This document shows, piece after piece, positions 63,805-64,000 of a stretch of 64,000 nt of DNA (position 1 is its first letter; each line of letters opens with the position of its first letter). The notes beneath the pieces are model-generated. The model worked only from the letters and a program-made list of their open reading frames with translations, searched no databases and had not been told where the DNA came from. Both the position numbers and the translations under genes were made by a program. Source of the stretch: Lama guanicoe (taxonomy: Eukaryota); contig MU054391.1 of NCBI GenBank assembly GCA_013239625.1, positions 6,221,824 through 6,285,823 on the forward strand. The letters are read 5' to 3'.

Positions 63805-64000
63805 CTGCCGGCGACCCTGATGGTAAGGATGGCCAGCCTCGGGTCCTTATCTTCTTGAGCGGCTACTGCCCGCAGCTATTTCTGCTGTAAAATACTGCAT
63901 TGGCCGGGGTACCTAACTGCCAACCTCAGAGCCCGTGGTAGCCAAGGATGCGAGGATTAGAGCTTCTGAGAGGGACAGAGAGCCAGGCCTGATGCCACCA

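Noticed and set aside
1..64000. CRISPR arrays, operons or other prokaryotic-type systems; naming of the genomic locus
   Set aside because: The sequence is mammalian and has no regularly spaced repeat-spacer array. With no recognisable gene, the locus cannot be named from sequence alone.

Overview
Mammalian genomic DNA, most likely camelid, judged from two copies of a tRNA-derived SINE of the camelid vic-1 type and from young L1 3' ends. The window is moderately GC-rich and dense in MIR, L2, MaLR and L1 repeats. I found no intact, recognisable protein-coding gene. The ORF track is chance ORFs, apart from two decayed LINE-1 ORF2 fragments (about 31.9-32.3 kb and 42.8-43.0 kb). Several insertions can be delimited exactly by their target-site duplications (TSDs): MLT1 solo LTRs at 633-1093 and 52574-52974, ERV1-type solo LTRs at 1555-2179 and 61100-61725, L1 3' ends at 3606-4016 and 27024-27498, and a SINE at 13472-13629. 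Non-repeat signals include a CpG/GC-box/CCAAT promoter-like island at about 23.6-24.1 kb with a candidate minus-strand exon and paired YY1 sites, and several transcription-factor motif clusters that look like enhancers (15.3, 21.6, 32.3, 48.1, 55.3 kb). At the right end there is a candidate minus-strand multi-exon lncRNA or decayed gene. Two of its putative introns each carry a copy of the same ~125-bp element (62311-62438 and 63682-63804, about 83% identical) closed by a 9-bp terminal stem. That duplicated element is the most interesting unexplained signal, and its function is inference only. Repeat subfamily names come from memory of consensus sequences and need RepeatMasker/Dfam confirmation. 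Boundaries without TSDs are approximate.
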